A stretch of DNA of 64,000 bases. Origin: Chloroflexota bacterium. Lineage in GTDB: Bacteria > Chloroflexota > Dehalococcoidia > Lucifugimonadales > UBA3495. The stretch is taken from contig JAQBVF010000002.1 in the NCBI GenBank assembly GCA_027623675.1, forward strand, positions 64,001-128,000. Direction: 5' to 3'. Below the pieces are notes generated by a model. That model worked only from the letters and a program-made list of their open reading frames with translations, was not told the origin of the DNA and searched no databases. Of this stretch, positions 11,555-22,322 are shown in pieces. Within the stretch, counting starts at the first letter, position 1. Each line of letters starts with the position of its first letter. Position numbers and translations under genes: made by a program.

Positions 11555-12022
11555 CTAGGCGTCCGTTGTCGGGGGTTCGGCTACCGGATGTCCGGTCACC
11601 TGGGCCTCGTGCGGATGGTCCGGGCCGCTGTACACCTTGAGGCGGCGCAACATCTGCCGTCCCATATGGTTCTTGGGGAGCATGCCCTTAACGGCCAGTT
11701 CCAGCACCCGATCGGGCTTGGAGTCCATCAGATCCCTCAGACGGAAAGTCCTCAGGTTTCCCACGTACCCACTGTGCCGGTAGTACATCTTCTGGTCCAA
11801 CTTCTTGCCGGTGACCTTAAGGTCGGCGGCGTTGGTCACCACCACGAAGTCACCCGTGAGGGTGTGGGGCGTGTAGCTGGTTTTGTCTTTGCCTTGCAGG
11901 GCAATGGCGATGTTTCTTGCTATCCGACCCAGGGTTTGGCCCTGAGCGTCGATCACTCGCCACCGTTCGGCGGTGTCGCCAGGCTTGGCAAAATATGTGC
12001 TGGTTCGTTTCATTTCTTTCAA
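11555..12022 (-). CDS. rplM: 50S ribosomal protein L13
   Basis: WRVIDA, GDFVVVTNA, YYRHSGY, AVKGMLPKN, HPHEAQ. Confidence 0.97.
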   Translation of the reverse strand: MKEMKRTSTYFAKPGDTAERWRVIDAQGQTLGRIARNIAIALQGKDKTSYTPHTLTGDFVVVTNAADLKVTGKKLDQKMYYRHSGYVGNLRTFRLRDLMDSKPDRVLELAVKGMLPKNHMGRQMLRRLKVYSGPDHPHEAQVTGHPVAEPPTTDA

Positions 12023-12075
12023 TTCCGTTCTAGTTATTCCAGTGGCCAGTCCGGTCGTCCCAATATCAGCGGCGC

Positions 12076-12813
12076 TTATTGGACTTCAAACCTGACGGAA
12101 CCTGGATATCTTACACTAATTAGGCAAAGTCCGTGTGCGGGCAACAAGGGCGATCCGTCTACGGCGCCGTCCAGCGCCTGAGTGATTCGCTCCACCGGAT
12201 ATTTCCCTCTTCCGATCTCTGTTAAAATTCCGTTCGCTTTCCTTATCTGTTGTTTCAAGAAGCCGTTGGCTTCACACTCGATAACGATGTTGTCGCCGGT
12301 CTGTTCAATGTCCCACCGCTTCACTTCCCGAACTGAGCCGCGGTCTTCGGGATGCCCCACGGCCAGCGCCCGAAAGTCGTGGATCCCCACCAGGAGCTGG
12401 GCTGCCTCGGCCATCTTCCCGGTGTCCAGGCACTCCCTGATCCAGAGGTGGCTGTGCCTGCGCAATGGCGAAGGCGAGGGCCGGTTCAATATGCTGTACT
12501 GGTAGGTCCTGCCCAGTGCGCTCCGCCGGGAGTTGAAATCCTCGTCCACCCGGTAGGCCTCGAGGACTTTGATGTCCTCGGGGAGATGATAGTTCATGGC
12601 GGGAGCGAATCTTTCCAGCGGGTGCCGGGTGCCGGTCAGGAAGTCTACCATCTGACCCTTGGCGTGGGCCCCGGAATCGGTGCGGCTGGCGCCCCGGATC
12701 CTGGTTTCCTGCCCGGTAAACTTGGCCAGAGCCTTCTCCAGTTCACCTTGAATGGTCGGAGGACCTGCCTGGAGTTGGAAGCCGGCGTAATTGGTGCCTT
12801 GATATTCAACCAA
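12076..12813 (-). CDS. truA: tRNA pseudouridine(38-40) synthase; true start probably upstream (see findings)
   Basis: EYQGTNYAGFQ, GASRTDSGAHA, GIHDF, ANGFLKQQIR, PAHGLCL. Confidence 0.93.
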   Translation of the reverse strand: MVEYQGTNYAGFQLQAGPPTIQGELEKALAKFTGQETRIRGASRTDSGAHAKGQMVDFLTGTRHPLERFAPAMNYHLPEDIKVLEAYRVDEDFNSRRSALGRTYQYSILNRPSPSPLRRHSHLWIRECLDTGKMAEAAQLLVGIHDFRALAVGHPEDRGSVREVKRWDIEQTGDNIVIECEANGFLKQQIRKANGILTEIGRGKYPVERITQALDGAVDGSPLLPAHGLCLISVRYPGSVRFEVQ

Positions 12814-12918
12814 CAGGGCGGCCCGCCAAAGGTGCTCGCCCGTTTCTTTCTCTAAACCGCTGGCTGATTCGTTAACTGAGTTTTGGACTCTGCCGTCTTT
12901 TATCTAGATCTTGCTCCG

Positions 12919-13272
12919 TTAGACCAACTCGATGATCGCCATCAGGGCGGAGTCACCGGTGCGCGGTCCCAATTTCATGATCCTGGTATAGCCGCCGGGC
13001 CGTTCGGCGTAGCGGACCGCCACGTCGTCAAACACTTTCTTTACCACTTTGGAGTTGGGCACCTGGGCCATGGCCAACCGGCGATGGTTCAGGTTGCCCT
13101 TTTTGCCGTGGGTGATCAGTTTCTCGGCCATCACCCTGGTCTCTTTGGCCTTGGCCAGGGTGGTGGTGATGCGTTCGTGGGTTATCAGTTCCACAACCAA
13201 ACCCCGCAGCAATGCGGTGCGTTGGTCGCGGTACCGGCTGAGTTTTCTACCGGCAATTCTGTGGGAGGCCAT
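12919..13272 (-). CDS. rplQ: 50S ribosomal protein L17
   Basis: [24 protein letters not shown]. Confidence 0.97.
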   Translation of the reverse strand: MASHRIAGRKLSRYRDQRTALLRGLVVELITHERITTTLAKAKETRVMAEKLITHGKKGNLNHRRLAMAQVPNSKVVKKVFDDVAVRYAERPGGYTRIMKLGPRTGDSALMAIIELV

Positions 13273-13274
13273 GG

Positions 13275-14426
13275 CTACTCGTCATCCTCGTCTTCGATAT
13301 CGTCCAGGTCGTCTTCGTCGGGCCCGTCGTCCAAGTCGCCGGTCTCTTCAATTGACATTCCGGGAGCGTCGGCTGGCGAGTCGGGTGGGGCGTCGCCCAT
13401 CAGTTCGCCCAAGTCCTCGGTGGAAAGGTCAGGCACCCTGCCGGCGGGCCGGTCGGCAAAGTCGGTAACACCGTTCTCATACAGCTTTTCTTTCAACTCA
13501 ACCAGCGATTTCTCGCCGAAGTTGCGTATCTTAAGCAGTTCGTCGTCGGACATCTCCAGGACTTCGCCGACCTTGGAGATGTGAGAGCGCTTCAGGCAGT
13601 TCAGGGTGCGCGGAGACAGTTCCAGCTTCTCTATAGGCGTCTGGTAGATCTCCGGGGACACCACCAACGGCACTCGTTCGTTCCCTTCCTCGGCAACCCG
13701 GTTCAAGTTGCTGAATAGGAAGAAGTGATTAACGAGATTCTCGGCGGCTTGCTGAATGGCCTCGACAGCCTTGATCGTGCCGTCGGTCCAAACTTCCATC
13801 ACCAAGCGCTCGTAATCGGTAACTTGACCGACCCTGGTGCGCTCGACGTTGTAATTGACCTTGCGAACGGGGCTGAACACGGCGTCCACGGGCAGAACAC
13901 CCACTGGCGGGTTGTTGGTCCCGTCGTGCTGTGCCGCTGCCTGGTAGCCAACGCCCTGTTCGACGTTGAATTCCATGGACAGGTGGGAGTCATCGGAGTC
14001 CAGGGTCGCCAGGTGCAACTCTGGATTCACAATCTCGAAGTCGCTCGACGTTGCGATGTCACCCGCGCAAACCCGGCCTTCGCCTTTGACGTCCAGGCGC
14101 ATCTTGCCCGCCCGGTCCGATTGGGAGCGGATCCGGATGCGCTTGACGTTTAGGAGGAGTTCCATAACTTCCTCTTTGACGCCAGGCACGGCGGCATACT
14201 CGTGGACCACGTCGTCAATCTTGACCCACGTGACCGCGCAGCCTTTGGTGGAGCTGAGCAATATCCTCCGAAGAGGGTTGCCGATGGTCAGACCGAAACC
14301 ACGGGGCAGCGGCTCGACGGCCACCTTCCCATAAGTATCCTCTGATTCCAACACCCGAATCTCGGGCTTTATGATTTCTGTACCGGTCTCCGGCGAACCC
14401 GGAGTCAGGATTAAGGTGTCCAACAT
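13275..14426 (-). CDS. rpoA: RNA polymerase alpha subunit with acidic C-terminal tail
   Basis: [50 protein letters not shown] 14426 fits the GAGGT SD (alternative TTG 14432). Confidence 0.97.
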   Translation of the reverse strand: MLDTLILTPGSPETGTEIIKPEIRVLESEDTYGKVAVEPLPRGFGLTIGNPLRRILLSSTKGCAVTWVKIDDVVHEYAAVPGVKEEVMELLLNVKRIRIRSQSDRAGKMRLDVKGEGRVCAGDIATSSDFEIVNPELHLATLDSDDSHLSMEFNVEQGVGYQAAAQHDGTNNPPVGVLPVDAVFSPVRKVNYNVERTRVGQVTDYERLVMEVWTDGTIKAVEAIQQAAENLVNHFFLFSNLNRVAEEGNERVPLVVSPEIYQTPIEKLELSPRTLNCLKRSHISKVGEVLEMSDDELLKIRNFGEKSLVELKEKLYENGVTDFADRPAGRVPDLSTEDLGELMGDAPPDSPADAPGMSIEETGDLDDGPDEDDLDDIEDEDDE

Positions 14427-14433
14427 GGACAAA

Positions 14434-15060
14434 CTACCTCGAGTAAAACTCTACTATCAGCCTTGAATCTACTATTGCTTGCAGGTCCTCATCGGCGGGG
14501 AGCGACACCACTGTGCCAGTCATCTCGCTTTGGTCCAGACTCAGCCAAGCGGGGATGGGCCGTTTGGGGATCCCGTCGATCCGGCCGGCGTAGAAGTCGG
14601 TGGTCTTGATGGACTCCTTCCAGGAAATCACATCGCCGGGTCTTACCTGGTATGAGGGCACATCGGTCTTGTTACCGTTGACCCGGAAGTGGCCGTGGAG
14701 CACGGTCTGGCGGCCCTGTTTCCTGGAGTCGGAGAAACCAAGCTGGAATACCACATTGTCCAAACGACGCTCCAGAGACCGGAGCAGGTTCATGCCGGTC
14801 ACTCCGGGCGTGTTGAACGCGTTGGTCATGTAGCGCCTGAATTGGCCTTCCATGACGCCGTAGATGTATTTGGCCTTTTGCTTCTCCCGCAGGTGAACGG
14901 CGTAGTCGGTAGGCCTTCGGCGGCGGCGGGAGATGTCGCCGGGGGGATTGCGGCGCTTCTCGAAAGCGCAGCGGGGCGTGAAGCACTTATCGCCCTTTAA
15001 AAATAGCTTTTCGCCGGACCGCCGGCAGAGGCGGCAGGAGGGTCCTGTATATCTTCCCAT
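14434..15060 (-). CDS. rpsD: 30S ribosomal protein S4 (zinc-ribbon type)
   Basis: MGRYTGPSCRLCRR, LREKQK, LERRLDN, IVEFYSR; start set at ATG 15060. Confidence 0.97.
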   Translation of the reverse strand: MGRYTGPSCRLCRRSGEKLFLKGDKCFTPRCAFEKRRNPPGDISRRRRRPTDYAVHLREKQKAKYIYGVMEGQFRRYMTNAFNTPGVTGMNLLRSLERRLDNVVFQLGFSDSRKQGRQTVLHGHFRVNGNKTDVPSYQVRPGDVISWKESIKTTDFYAGRIDGIPKRPIPAWLSLDQSEMTGTVVSLPADEDLQAIVDSRLIVEFYSR

Positions 15061-15068
15061 GGACGGAG

Positions 15069-15452
15069 TTACACTCTCCTTCGTTTTGGCGGGCGGCACC
15101 CATTGTGAGGGATGGGCGTCACGTCCCGGATGCTGGTCACGAAAAGTCCTGCTCCCTGGAGGGAACGGATGGCGGCTTCCCGTCCCGCGCCAGGTCCCTT
15201 GATGAGGACGTCGATCTGGCGGAGTCCGGAATCCATACCCTTGCGGGCGGCCTGCTCGGCGGCGCGCTGGGCGGCGAAAGCGGTGCCCTTCCGGGAGCCT
15301 TTGAAGCCCACGGTGCCGGCGCTGGCAGTGGCGATAACGTTGCCCTGGGGGTCTGTAAGACTCACCAGGGTGTTGTTGAATGTCGAATAGATATAGGCCC
15401 GTCCTTGAGGCACCGAACGGCGCTCACGACGCCTTGTCCTTGGTCTAGGCAT
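15069..15452 (-). CDS. rpsK: 30S ribosomal protein S11
   Basis: [31 protein letters not shown]. Confidence 0.97.
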   Translation of the reverse strand: MPRPRTRRRERRSVPQGRAYIYSTFNNTLVSLTDPQGNVIATASAGTVGFKGSRKGTAFAAQRAAEQAARKGMDSGLRQIDVLIKGPGAGREAAIRSLQGAGLFVTSIRDVTPIPHNGCRPPKRRRV

Positions 15453-15490
15453 AAATAAATCTCTCTCGTACTAGCTGGTCTAGCTCGTGG

Positions 15491-15880
15491 CTACTTGCCG
15501 CCGGTGCGCCTGCCGCGGCCTGCGACGGTGCGGCGGGGTCCTTTGCGGGTTCGGGCATTGGTCTTGGTGCGTTGCCCGGCGACGGGCAGGTTCCGGCGGT
15601 GGCGCAGACCCCGGTAGGTGCCGATCTCGATGAGACGGCGAATGTTCTGGTTAACTTCCCGGCGCAGATCGCCTTCGTTGATGTAGTCCCGGTCGACCAA
15701 TTCCCTGATCCGGTCAACCTGTGCCTCGGTCAGTTCAATCATCCGCGGGGGAATGACCGGGTCAAGTTCGGCTTTGATCAGGATCTCTTCAGCAATCTTC
15801 GGGCCGATGCCATAGATGCTGCGAAGGGCTACATGCGCCCTCTTTCGGTCGGGAACGTCTACTCCGGCGATACGGACCAC
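15491..15880 (-). CDS. rpsM: 30S ribosomal protein S13
   Basis: [31 protein letters not shown]. Confidence 0.97.
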   Translation of the reverse strand: MVRIAGVDVPDRKRAHVALRSIYGIGPKIAEEILIKAELDPVIPPRMIELTEAQVDRIRELVDRDYINEGDLRREVNQNIRRLIEIGTYRGLRHRRNLPVAGQRTKTNARTRKGPRRTVAGRGRRTGGK

Positions 15881-15968
15881 TCCGGGCCTCCTTAAATTAA
15901 CCCCATCTAATCCAATGGGTGACGGTCATCAAGACGACCGTCATTAAATTACCGTATATTGCTCTTGC

Positions 15969-16082
15969 TTAACCCTGCCGCTGGGAGTGCCTGGGGTTGG
16001 AACAGATTATCCTGACCACACCCTTGCGCTTGATCACATGGCAGTTGCTGCACCTGGGCTTAACCGATGCTGATACTTTCAA
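15969..16082 (-). CDS. rpmJ: 50S ribosomal protein L36 (not in ORF track)
   Basis: Manual translation from [40 protein letters not shown]. Confidence 0.95.
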   Translation of the reverse strand: MKVSASVKPRCSNCHVIKRKGVVRIICSNPRHSQRQG

Positions 16083-16141
16083 AACTAATGCCTTATAGCT
16101 GATTGACCGGTGAAATCGGGGAACGAGTCACTAGGACCGAA

Positions 16142-16360
16142 CTACTTGAACCGGTAGGTTATCCGGCCCCGGGTCAGATCGTATGGAGACAACTCCACCA
16201 GCACCCGGTCGCCGGGCAACACCCGGATAAAGTGCATCCTGATCTTTCCGGAAACGTGGGCCAAGACCTCATGATCGTTGGGAAGCTCCACCCGGAACAT
16301 GCCATTGGGAAGAGCCTCTTTGACGCTGGCCTCAACCTCGATCGCTTGTTTCTTCGCCAT
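16142..16360 (-). CDS. infA: Translation initiation factor IF-1
   Basis: [32 protein letters not shown]. Confidence 0.97.
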   Translation of the reverse strand: MAKKQAIEVEASVKEALPNGMFRVELPNDHEVLAHVSGKIRMHFIRVLPGDRVLVELSPYDLTRGRITYRFK

Positions 16361-16456
16361 AATGCCTCGTTAAGTAATCCCGTAAGATAATTCCAAATCG
16401 CGCCCTCCCCGGTCCCACCGGTGGGAGAACGCTGCGGACCGCTGGCCGGCCCGGTG

Positions 16457-17263
16457 TTAGCCGTGGACCGTTAGAATCTCCGGTCCATCTTCAGTGATGG
16501 CTATAGAATGCTCGAAATGGGCCGAGAGTTCGCCGTCGGCGGTTATCACGGTCCATTCGTCATCCAGAATCTTCGTGTGCCAGTCCCCCATGTTGAACAT
16601 CGGCTCGATGGCGATGCACATCCCAACGCGAAGCAGCGGGCCCATGCCCGCCTGCCCGTAGTTGGGCACCTGGGGGTCTTCGTGCAGGAACCGGCCAACG
16701 CCGTGTCCCACAAACTCCCGCACCACGCCGTAGCCGAGGCTCTCACCGTAGGCCTGCACCGCAGCGCCAATATCGCCGACCCGCCCGCCGGGCTGGGCCG
16801 CTTTGATACCCATTTCCAAGCTGATACGAGTGGCGTCCATCAAAGCCACGGCTTCCGGCGTTACTTCGCCAACGGCCATTGATACCGCTGCGTCGCCAAT
16901 CATGCCCTCGATGGTGGCTCCCACGTCAACCTTCACGATATCGCCCTCTTTAAGCACCCGTTTGCCGGGTATCCCGTGGACGATCTCTTCATTGACCGAA
17001 GTACAGATACTGGCAGGGAATCCCCGGTAACCCATGAATGTGGGTTTGGCTCCCTGACGAGTAATCTCTTTGTAAGCGATCTTGTCCAAATCTTTGGTGG
17101 TCATTCCAGGTTCCACCGCAGCTTTCAACAGATCGATCACCGCGCCTACGATGCCTCCCGCACGACGCATAGAGTCCAGCTCCTGGGGCGATTTAATCGT
17201 AATCCCCCCCGAGTAGGTGGACGCCGAGTTTGAGGCGGTCTCATTTTTACGGCCGCGATTCAC
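16457..17263 (-). CDS. map: Methionine aminopeptidase type I
   Basis: SVNEEIVHGIP, GHGVG, HEDPQVPN, AIEPM, SAHFEHS; start uncertain. Confidence 0.95.
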   Translation of the reverse strand: MNRGRKNETASNSASTYSGGITIKSPQELDSMRRAGGIVGAVIDLLKAAVEPGMTTKDLDKIAYKEITRQGAKPTFMGYRGFPASICTSVNEEIVHGIPGKRVLKEGDIVKVDVGATIEGMIGDAAVSMAVGEVTPEAVALMDATRISLEMGIKAAQPGGRVGDIGAAVQAYGESLGYGVVREFVGHGVGRFLHEDPQVPNYGQAGMGPLLRVGMCIAIEPMFNMGDWHTKILDDEWTVITADGELSAHFEHSIAITEDGPEILTVHG

Positions 17264-17368
17264 TTTGTATATTCTACTCCCGATTGATGGCCTTGGGAAC
17301 CCAGGGGGTTATCACTATCGTTAGGTTCCGGTAAACCCGCTAGCAAGCCGCCTGGCCGAAATGGACGT

Positions 17369-18022
17369 TTAGGCGTCCAGCGCCGCCAGGACTTGTTGGT
17401 TAACATCGTCAACGGTCTGGTCTCCGGAGATGTCCACCACGACATCGCGGTCGCGGTAGAAACCCAGCACGGGCGTGGTCTCGTCGTTGTAAACCTGGAT
17501 CCGCTTCTTGACCGCCTTGGGCTGGTCGTCGTCACGCTGGTACAGTTCACCGCCGCATTGGCTGCAAACCTTGGATGCGTCCTCGCCCTCGCCGATGGAA
17601 TGCGGCGCCTGGCAATCACGGCAGACGAACCGCCCGCCCAGTCGGCGGAGCAACACCGGCTCCGGGACCTCTATGTGGACCACTTTGTCCAAGCCGCGAA
17701 CGGCGCCCGACAGGGCTTTCTCCAACTCTTCGGCCTGGTGGGGGTTCCTGGGGAACCCATCCAAGATGAACCCTTCCTCGTTGGGAACGGACAACACCTT
17801 GTCCAGAATGATGTCGATGGTAACTTCGTCGGGGACCAACTCCCCTTTGTTCATATATTCCTTGGCCCGCAGACCCAAGGCTGTGCCCTGTCCCAGATGG
17901 TATCGGAAAAGGTCGCCAGAGCTGATGTGCGTGACCTTGAGCCGGTCTCGCAGCAGTTGGGCTTGGGTGCCCTTTCCGGCGCCGGGAGGGCCGAACAGCA
18001 CGAGTCTAAGTCCCTGGGCCAT
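17369..18022 (-). CDS. adk: Adenylate kinase (Zn-LID)
   Basis: GPPGAGKGTQA, GELVPDE, LDGFPR, CRDC/CSQC LID. Confidence 0.96.
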   Translation of the reverse strand: MAQGLRLVLFGPPGAGKGTQAQLLRDRLKVTHISSGDLFRYHLGQGTALGLRAKEYMNKGELVPDEVTIDIILDKVLSVPNEEGFILDGFPRNPHQAEELEKALSGAVRGLDKVVHIEVPEPVLLRRLGGRFVCRDCQAPHSIGEGEDASKVCSQCGGELYQRDDDQPKAVKKRIQVYNDETTPVLGFYRDRDVVVDISGDQTVDDVNQQVLAALDA

Positions 18023-19350
18023 TATCTAAGGAAACCCTCGTAGTTGCGCATCATAAGCTGCGCCTCTAGCTGACGCAGGGTATCTAGACCCACACCCACC
18101 ATGATCAACAGGCTGGTGCTGCTCAGCGATATCGCTTGAACGCCGGTTATCAGCGACGCGATATAAGGCATGATGGCGATGGTGCCCAAGAACAGGGCGC
18201 CGCCCAACGTGATGCGCACGATCACACGGTTCAGGTAGTCCTGGGTGGGTTTGCCAGGCCGGATACCCAAAACAAACCCTCCGTTCTTCTGAAGATTCTC
18301 GGCCAGTTGCTGCTGATTGAACACAACCAGCGTGTAGAAGAAGGTGAACATCACAACCAGCACGAACACCATCACCCAATATAGGGGGGATGAAGGGATC
18401 AGCAGGTCCGAGGCGAAGTTGGCCACGTCACCGATCCAAGAGGTATTGGTGGCGAAGTAGGTGGCGATGGTCCCGGGCAGAATCACGATGGAAAAGGCAA
18501 AGATCAAGGGAATCATGCCCGCCGAGTTTATGCGCAGCGGTAGATAGGTCGCGCCACTCTGCCGGTACATCCTGCCGCCCCTGAAGATGCTGCGGCCGTA
18601 TTGCACCGGGATGCGACGGTGGGCCTCGTTGAACATGACGATGGCCGCGATGATCAGAACGCCGATTATGGCGAAGAAGCCGATGCCAAGCACGTTGTCC
18701 CGGTCCAAGAAACCCCGGGTGATTAGGTTGGGGAAACCGGCGACGATTCCCGCGAAGATTATCAGGGAGATGCCGTTGCCGATGCCGCGCTCGGTAATCA
18801 TCTCACCCAACCAGACCAAGAACATGGTGCCGGCGGCGATGGAGAACAGGGCGGCGATGGTCGGCAGGAGTGCGTCGCCCGAGAATCCCACATCGGCTAT
18901 GACGTTGCTCTGCTCCAGAAGAACGAGCTGTCCGTACCCTTGGGCAAAGGCGATGGGGATGGTGATCCAGTGGGTCAGCCGGTTCATCTTGGCTCGGCCG
19001 GCTTCGCCCTCGCGGGCCATGTCTTGGAGCGTTGGAATGACCGGAGTCAGCAACTGGATGATGATTGACGAAGTTATATAGGGGAAAACGCCCAGCGCTA
19101 CGATGCTCATACGGCTGAGGGCCCCGCCACTGAAGAGGTCCAAGAAGCCAAGTAGTTCGTTGTTCCGGAAGAGGTTATCCAGCTGTACCTGGTCGATACC
19201 CGGAAGAGGAATATGGGCGACGAACCGGTAGAGGGCCAATATGGCCAGGGTGAAAAGAATCTTGGCCCGCAAGTCGGGGAGGCTGAAGGCGTCGATCGCC
19301 GCCTGAATCAGCTTAGGGAATTTACCAGCCTGGGCCTCGGCGTTCATCAT
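18022..19350 (-). CDS. secY: Preprotein translocase SecY
   Basis: ALGVFPYITSSII, WLGEMITERGIGNGISLIIF, GIRPGKPT. Confidence 0.97.
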   Translation of the reverse strand: MMNAEAQAGKFPKLIQAAIDAFSLPDLRAKILFTLAILALYRFVAHIPLPGIDQVQLDNLFRNNELLGFLDLFSGGALSRMSIVALGVFPYITSSIIIQLLTPVIPTLQDMAREGEAGRAKMNRLTHWITIPIAFAQGYGQLVLLEQSNVIADVGFSGDALLPTIAALFSIAAGTMFLVWLGEMITERGIGNGISLIIFAGIVAGFPNLITRGFLDRDNVLGIGFFAIIGVLIIAAIVMFNEAHRRIPVQYGRSIFRGGRMYRQSGATYLPLRINSAGMIPLIFAFSIVILPGTIATYFATNTSWIGDVANFASDLLIPSSPLYWVMVFVLVVMFTFFYTLVVFNQQQLAENLQKNGGFVLGIRPGKPTQDYLNRVIVRITLGGALFLGTIAIMPYIASLITGVQAISLSSTSLLIMVGVGLDTLRQLEAQLMMRNYEGFLR

Positions 19351-19799
19351 TACGCCGAGGTCTCCTCCGCTGTTCCTTTGGCCGCTTCGATCTTCGCTTT
19401 GGCGGAGCGGGTGAATCTGGCGGCCACCACGGTCACAGCCTTGCTGATCTCACCGTCGCCCACGATCTTCACCGGCAGGTTCAAGTTCCGCAGGAAACCC
19501 TTCTCCAAAAGGAGTTCGGGGGTGATGCGCTCTCCGGCGTCAAATAGGTCCAGCGTGGTCAGTTTGATCAGGGAGTAATAGGTCTTGAACGGGTTGTGGA
19601 AGCCCCGTTTCATGGGCAGTCCCTTGATCAAAGGCAACTGACCGCCTTCAAACCATATGGGCGGTCCGCCGCCGGAGCGGGACTTCTGGCCCTTCATGCC
19701 ACGGCCGGCAGTGCTGCCTTGTCCTGCCGCGTCACCGCGGCCGATCCGTTTTCTGCTTTTCCTGGCTCCCTTGGAAGGGGCCAGCTGATGTTCCATCAT
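19350..19799 (-). CDS. rplO: 50S ribosomal protein L15
   Basis: RIGRG, GRGMKGQKSRSG, FEGGQLPL. Confidence 0.96.
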   Translation of the reverse strand: MMEHQLAPSKGARKSRKRIGRGDAAGQGSTAGRGMKGQKSRSGGGPPIWFEGGQLPLIKGLPMKRGFHNPFKTYYSLIKLTTLDLFDAGERITPELLLEKGFLRNLNLPVKIVGDGEISKAVTVVAARFTRSAKAKIEAAKGTAEETSA

Positions 19800-19960
19800 A
19801 AGAGGGGCCTCATTAAGATGTGACGTAACCTGTTAGAGGAGCGCCTACGCCATGTATCTGATTCTAACTGCCTTGTGGCCGTGGTTAAACGATTTGATCG
19901 CCAGCGAAACCCCAGTTTACCGCCGCTGAGGGTTCACAAACGTCCTAAAGGGCAGAGTAG

Positions 19961-20140
19961 CTAGGCTATTTCGACCTTTACCATGTGGCTGACCTTGTTA
20001 ACCATGCCGCGGATGGTCGGTGAGTCCTGGTGGACCACCGTATGGTGCAGGCGCCGCAGACCCAGCGACTCGATGATTCGGCGCTGGATTCCGGGGCGGC
20101 CGATACCGCTCCTGGTCAAAGTGATCTTTATTTCCGCCAT
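19961..20140 (-). CDS. rpmD: 50S ribosomal protein L30 (not in ORF track)
   Basis: Manual translation [59 protein letters not shown]. Confidence 0.95.
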   Translation of the reverse strand: MAEIKITLTRSGIGRPGIQRRIIESLGLRRLHHTVVHQDSPTIRGMVNKVSHMVKVEIA

Positions 20141-20194
20141 ATCGTCTCGTCCAGTGTTTTCGGGTTGGGTCTTTCCGGTTTTAATGATGCGAAG

Positions 20195-20767
20195 TTACGC
20201 TTCGACCGGCACTTCTTTCGCGGGTTGTTCCTTGGACGGGACCGGCCGGCCGAGGCGGCGCGCGATCTCAACCTCAGGGTCCTTCAATTGGCGCAGGGCT
20301 TCCATCGTCGCGTATACGATATTGATCGGGTTCCTGGATCCAAGGGATTTTCCGACCACGTCTTTCACGCCGCCCAGTTCCAAGATGGCGCGCATGGCGC
20401 CGGCCGCGATCACCCCGGTCCCTTCGCGGGCGGGCTTAATCATGACGATGGTCGCGCCCTTCTTGACCGTGATCTTCTGGGGAATGGTGCTTCCAATCAG
20501 CGGAATGGTGACCGTCTCGCGCCTGGCTACCGCATTGCCTTTTCTGACGGCGTCGGGAATCACGAGGGCCTTGCCCAAGCCAGCGCCTACCTGCCCTTGA
20601 CCGTCACCAACGACGACCAGGGCGTTGAACCGGAGCCGACGGCCTCCCTTTACAACTTTGGAGATACGGCGGGTAAAGACGACCCTCTCGGTGAATCCAC
20701 CGGTGTCTTCATCCCGGCCTCGTCCTCGGTCTCGATCAGAGAAGAACCTATTTGGGGCTTGGACCAT
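20195..20767 (-). CDS. rpsE: 30S ribosomal protein S5
   Basis: KVVKGGRRLRFNALVVVGD, GTGVIA, KSLGSRNPIN. Confidence 0.96.
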   Translation of the reverse strand: MVQAPNRFFSDRDRGRGRDEDTGGFTERVVFTRRISKVVKGGRRLRFNALVVVGDGQGQVGAGLGKALVIPDAVRKGNAVARRETVTIPLIGSTIPQKITVKKGATIVMIKPAREGTGVIAAGAMRAILELGGVKDVVGKSLGSRNPINIVYATMEALRQLKDPEVEIARRLGRPVPSKEQPAKEVPVEA

Positions 20768-20830
20768 TAGCGAGCTAGACCTCCCAGTCTCCGCGGAAAA
20801 TCGCGTGGGTTATTCAGGTTGATTAATATA

Positions 20831-21199
20831 TTAGAACTTCAGACCGGCTTCCCGGGTAGCTTCGGCGAGGGCTTTGACCCGGCCATGGTATTTGCATCCG
20901 CCCCGGTCAAACACGACCTGTGTGACGCCTGCGGCCTGGGCCCTTTCTGCCACCAGCTTCCCCACCGCGGCTGATGCCGCGATCTTGGGGGTGATGGGAC
21001 CGCCGGCTTCCTTGATGGCGTCGGCGCTGGATGCCGCCACCAGAGTGGTCCCTGTGGTGTCGTCGATCACCTGAGCGTAGATGTGCTGCAGGCTGCGGAA
21101 TACGGCCAGCCTGGGCCGTTCCGGCGTGCCGGACACTTTGTTGCGAAGCCTGACGTGGCGTATCTTCCGGAGACTTTTCGCGTTCTTATCTTTAGGCAT
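20831..21199 (-). CDS. rplR: 50S ribosomal protein L18
   Basis: [34 protein letters not shown]. Confidence 0.96.
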   Translation of the reverse strand: MPKDKNAKSLRKIRHVRLRNKVSGTPERPRLAVFRSLQHIYAQVIDDTTGTTLVAASSADAIKEAGGPITPKIAASAAVGKLVAERAQAAGVTQVVFDRGGCKYHGRVKALAEATREAGLKF

Positions 21200-21236
21200 G
21201 TTTGTTTCTTTATCAGCGCGGCGCCGTATTCAGGCC

Positions 21237-21809
21237 TTAGGCCTTTCTGGCGGCCGCCTTTCCTGGCTTAAAGTGTAGGGTTTCGTCGGAGTACCTGATG
21301 CCCTTTTCCTTATACGTGTTGGGCGGGCGGACCCTCCGCACGTTGGCCGCAAGTTGGCCTACTTTTTGCTTGTCGATACCCCGAACGTGTATTCGTGTTG
21401 GTCCTTCCACCTCCAGAGTTACACCCTCTTCAGGATGCATCTCCACAGGGTGGCTGTAGCCCACATTCAAGATGATTCCGTTGCCGGCGGCGGCGACCCT
21501 ATATCCGACGCCCATGATCTCAAGCGTCCTAGTGAAGCCTTCCGAAACCCCGATCACGGCATTGGATATCAGGCTGCGGGTTAGGCCGTGCAACGAATGG
21601 TGGAATTTGTTGTCCGAGTGACGCTCCACCAGGATCTCGCCGTCCCCAACCTTAACCACCACTTCGGGGTGGTACTTCTGCTCGATCGTCCCCCTAGGAC
21701 CGGTGACTTTGACCCCGCCGTACTGGACTTCTACCTGAACGCCGTCGGGCACAGGTATGGCCTTCCGGCCGATGCGGGAGAGTGTTTTCTCTTGTTTCTT
21801 TTCGTTCAT
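21237..21809 (-). CDS. rplF: 50S ribosomal protein L6
   Basis: SRIGRKAI, GVGYR, GYSHPV, YKEKGIRY. Confidence 0.96.
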   Translation of the reverse strand: MNEKKQEKTLSRIGRKAIPVPDGVQVEVQYGGVKVTGPRGTIEQKYHPEVVVKVGDGEILVERHSDNKFHHSLHGLTRSLISNAVIGVSEGFTRTLEIMGVGYRVAAAGNGIILNVGYSHPVEMHPEEGVTLEVEGPTRIHVRGIDKQKVGQLAANVRRVRPPNTYKEKGIRYSDETLHFKPGKAAARKA

Positions 21810-21859
21810 AACCGGTTTACCAGACTAAACAGAGTAGTTAAAGACATTCTTAGATCCGT

Positions 21860-22258
21860 CTACCAGACGTAGCAGAGCAGTTCCCCGCCAACGCCTTGAC
21901 GCCAGGCGTTTCTCCCGGCCATTACGCCTTTGGAGGTGGAGACGATGGCCAGTCCGATGCCGCCGTAGACCCGGGGTATCTCACCCTTGCCCACATAGAC
22001 CCTCAGTCCCGGTTTGCTCACGCGTTTCAGACCCGAGATGGCCGGCTGCCGTCCTTCGCGGTAGGTCAGGTGCAGGCGGATGGTCGGATGGGCCTGGGCC
22101 CGGGGTATGTCGAAGTCTCGGATAAAACCCTCATCTTTGAGAATCTTGGCCAAGGCCAACTTCATCTTGGAATGCGGGAGACTAACGGAATCGTGACGCA
22201 CCTGTATGGCGTTACGGATCCGCGTAAGCATGTCTGCAATTGGGTCGGTTACCGGCAT
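21860..22258 (-). CDS. rpsH: 30S ribosomal protein S8
   Basis: [36 protein letters not shown]. Confidence 0.97.
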   Translation of the reverse strand: MPVTDPIADMLTRIRNAIQVRHDSVSLPHSKMKLALAKILKDEGFIRDFDIPRAQAHPTIRLHLTYREGRQPAISGLKRVSKPGLRVYVGKGEIPRVYGGIGLAIVSTSKGVMAGRNAWRQGVGGELLCYVW

Positions 22259-22322
22259 TTTAGGTCTTTCTCCCCTTTCCGCCTGAAGTTATCTAGTTCG
22301 TGCATCAGTGACATCCGGGTGG

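Noticed and set aside
19800..19960. 161-nt rpmD-rplO gap as sRNA or small ORF
   Set aside because: No convincing ORF, SD or stable structure recognised
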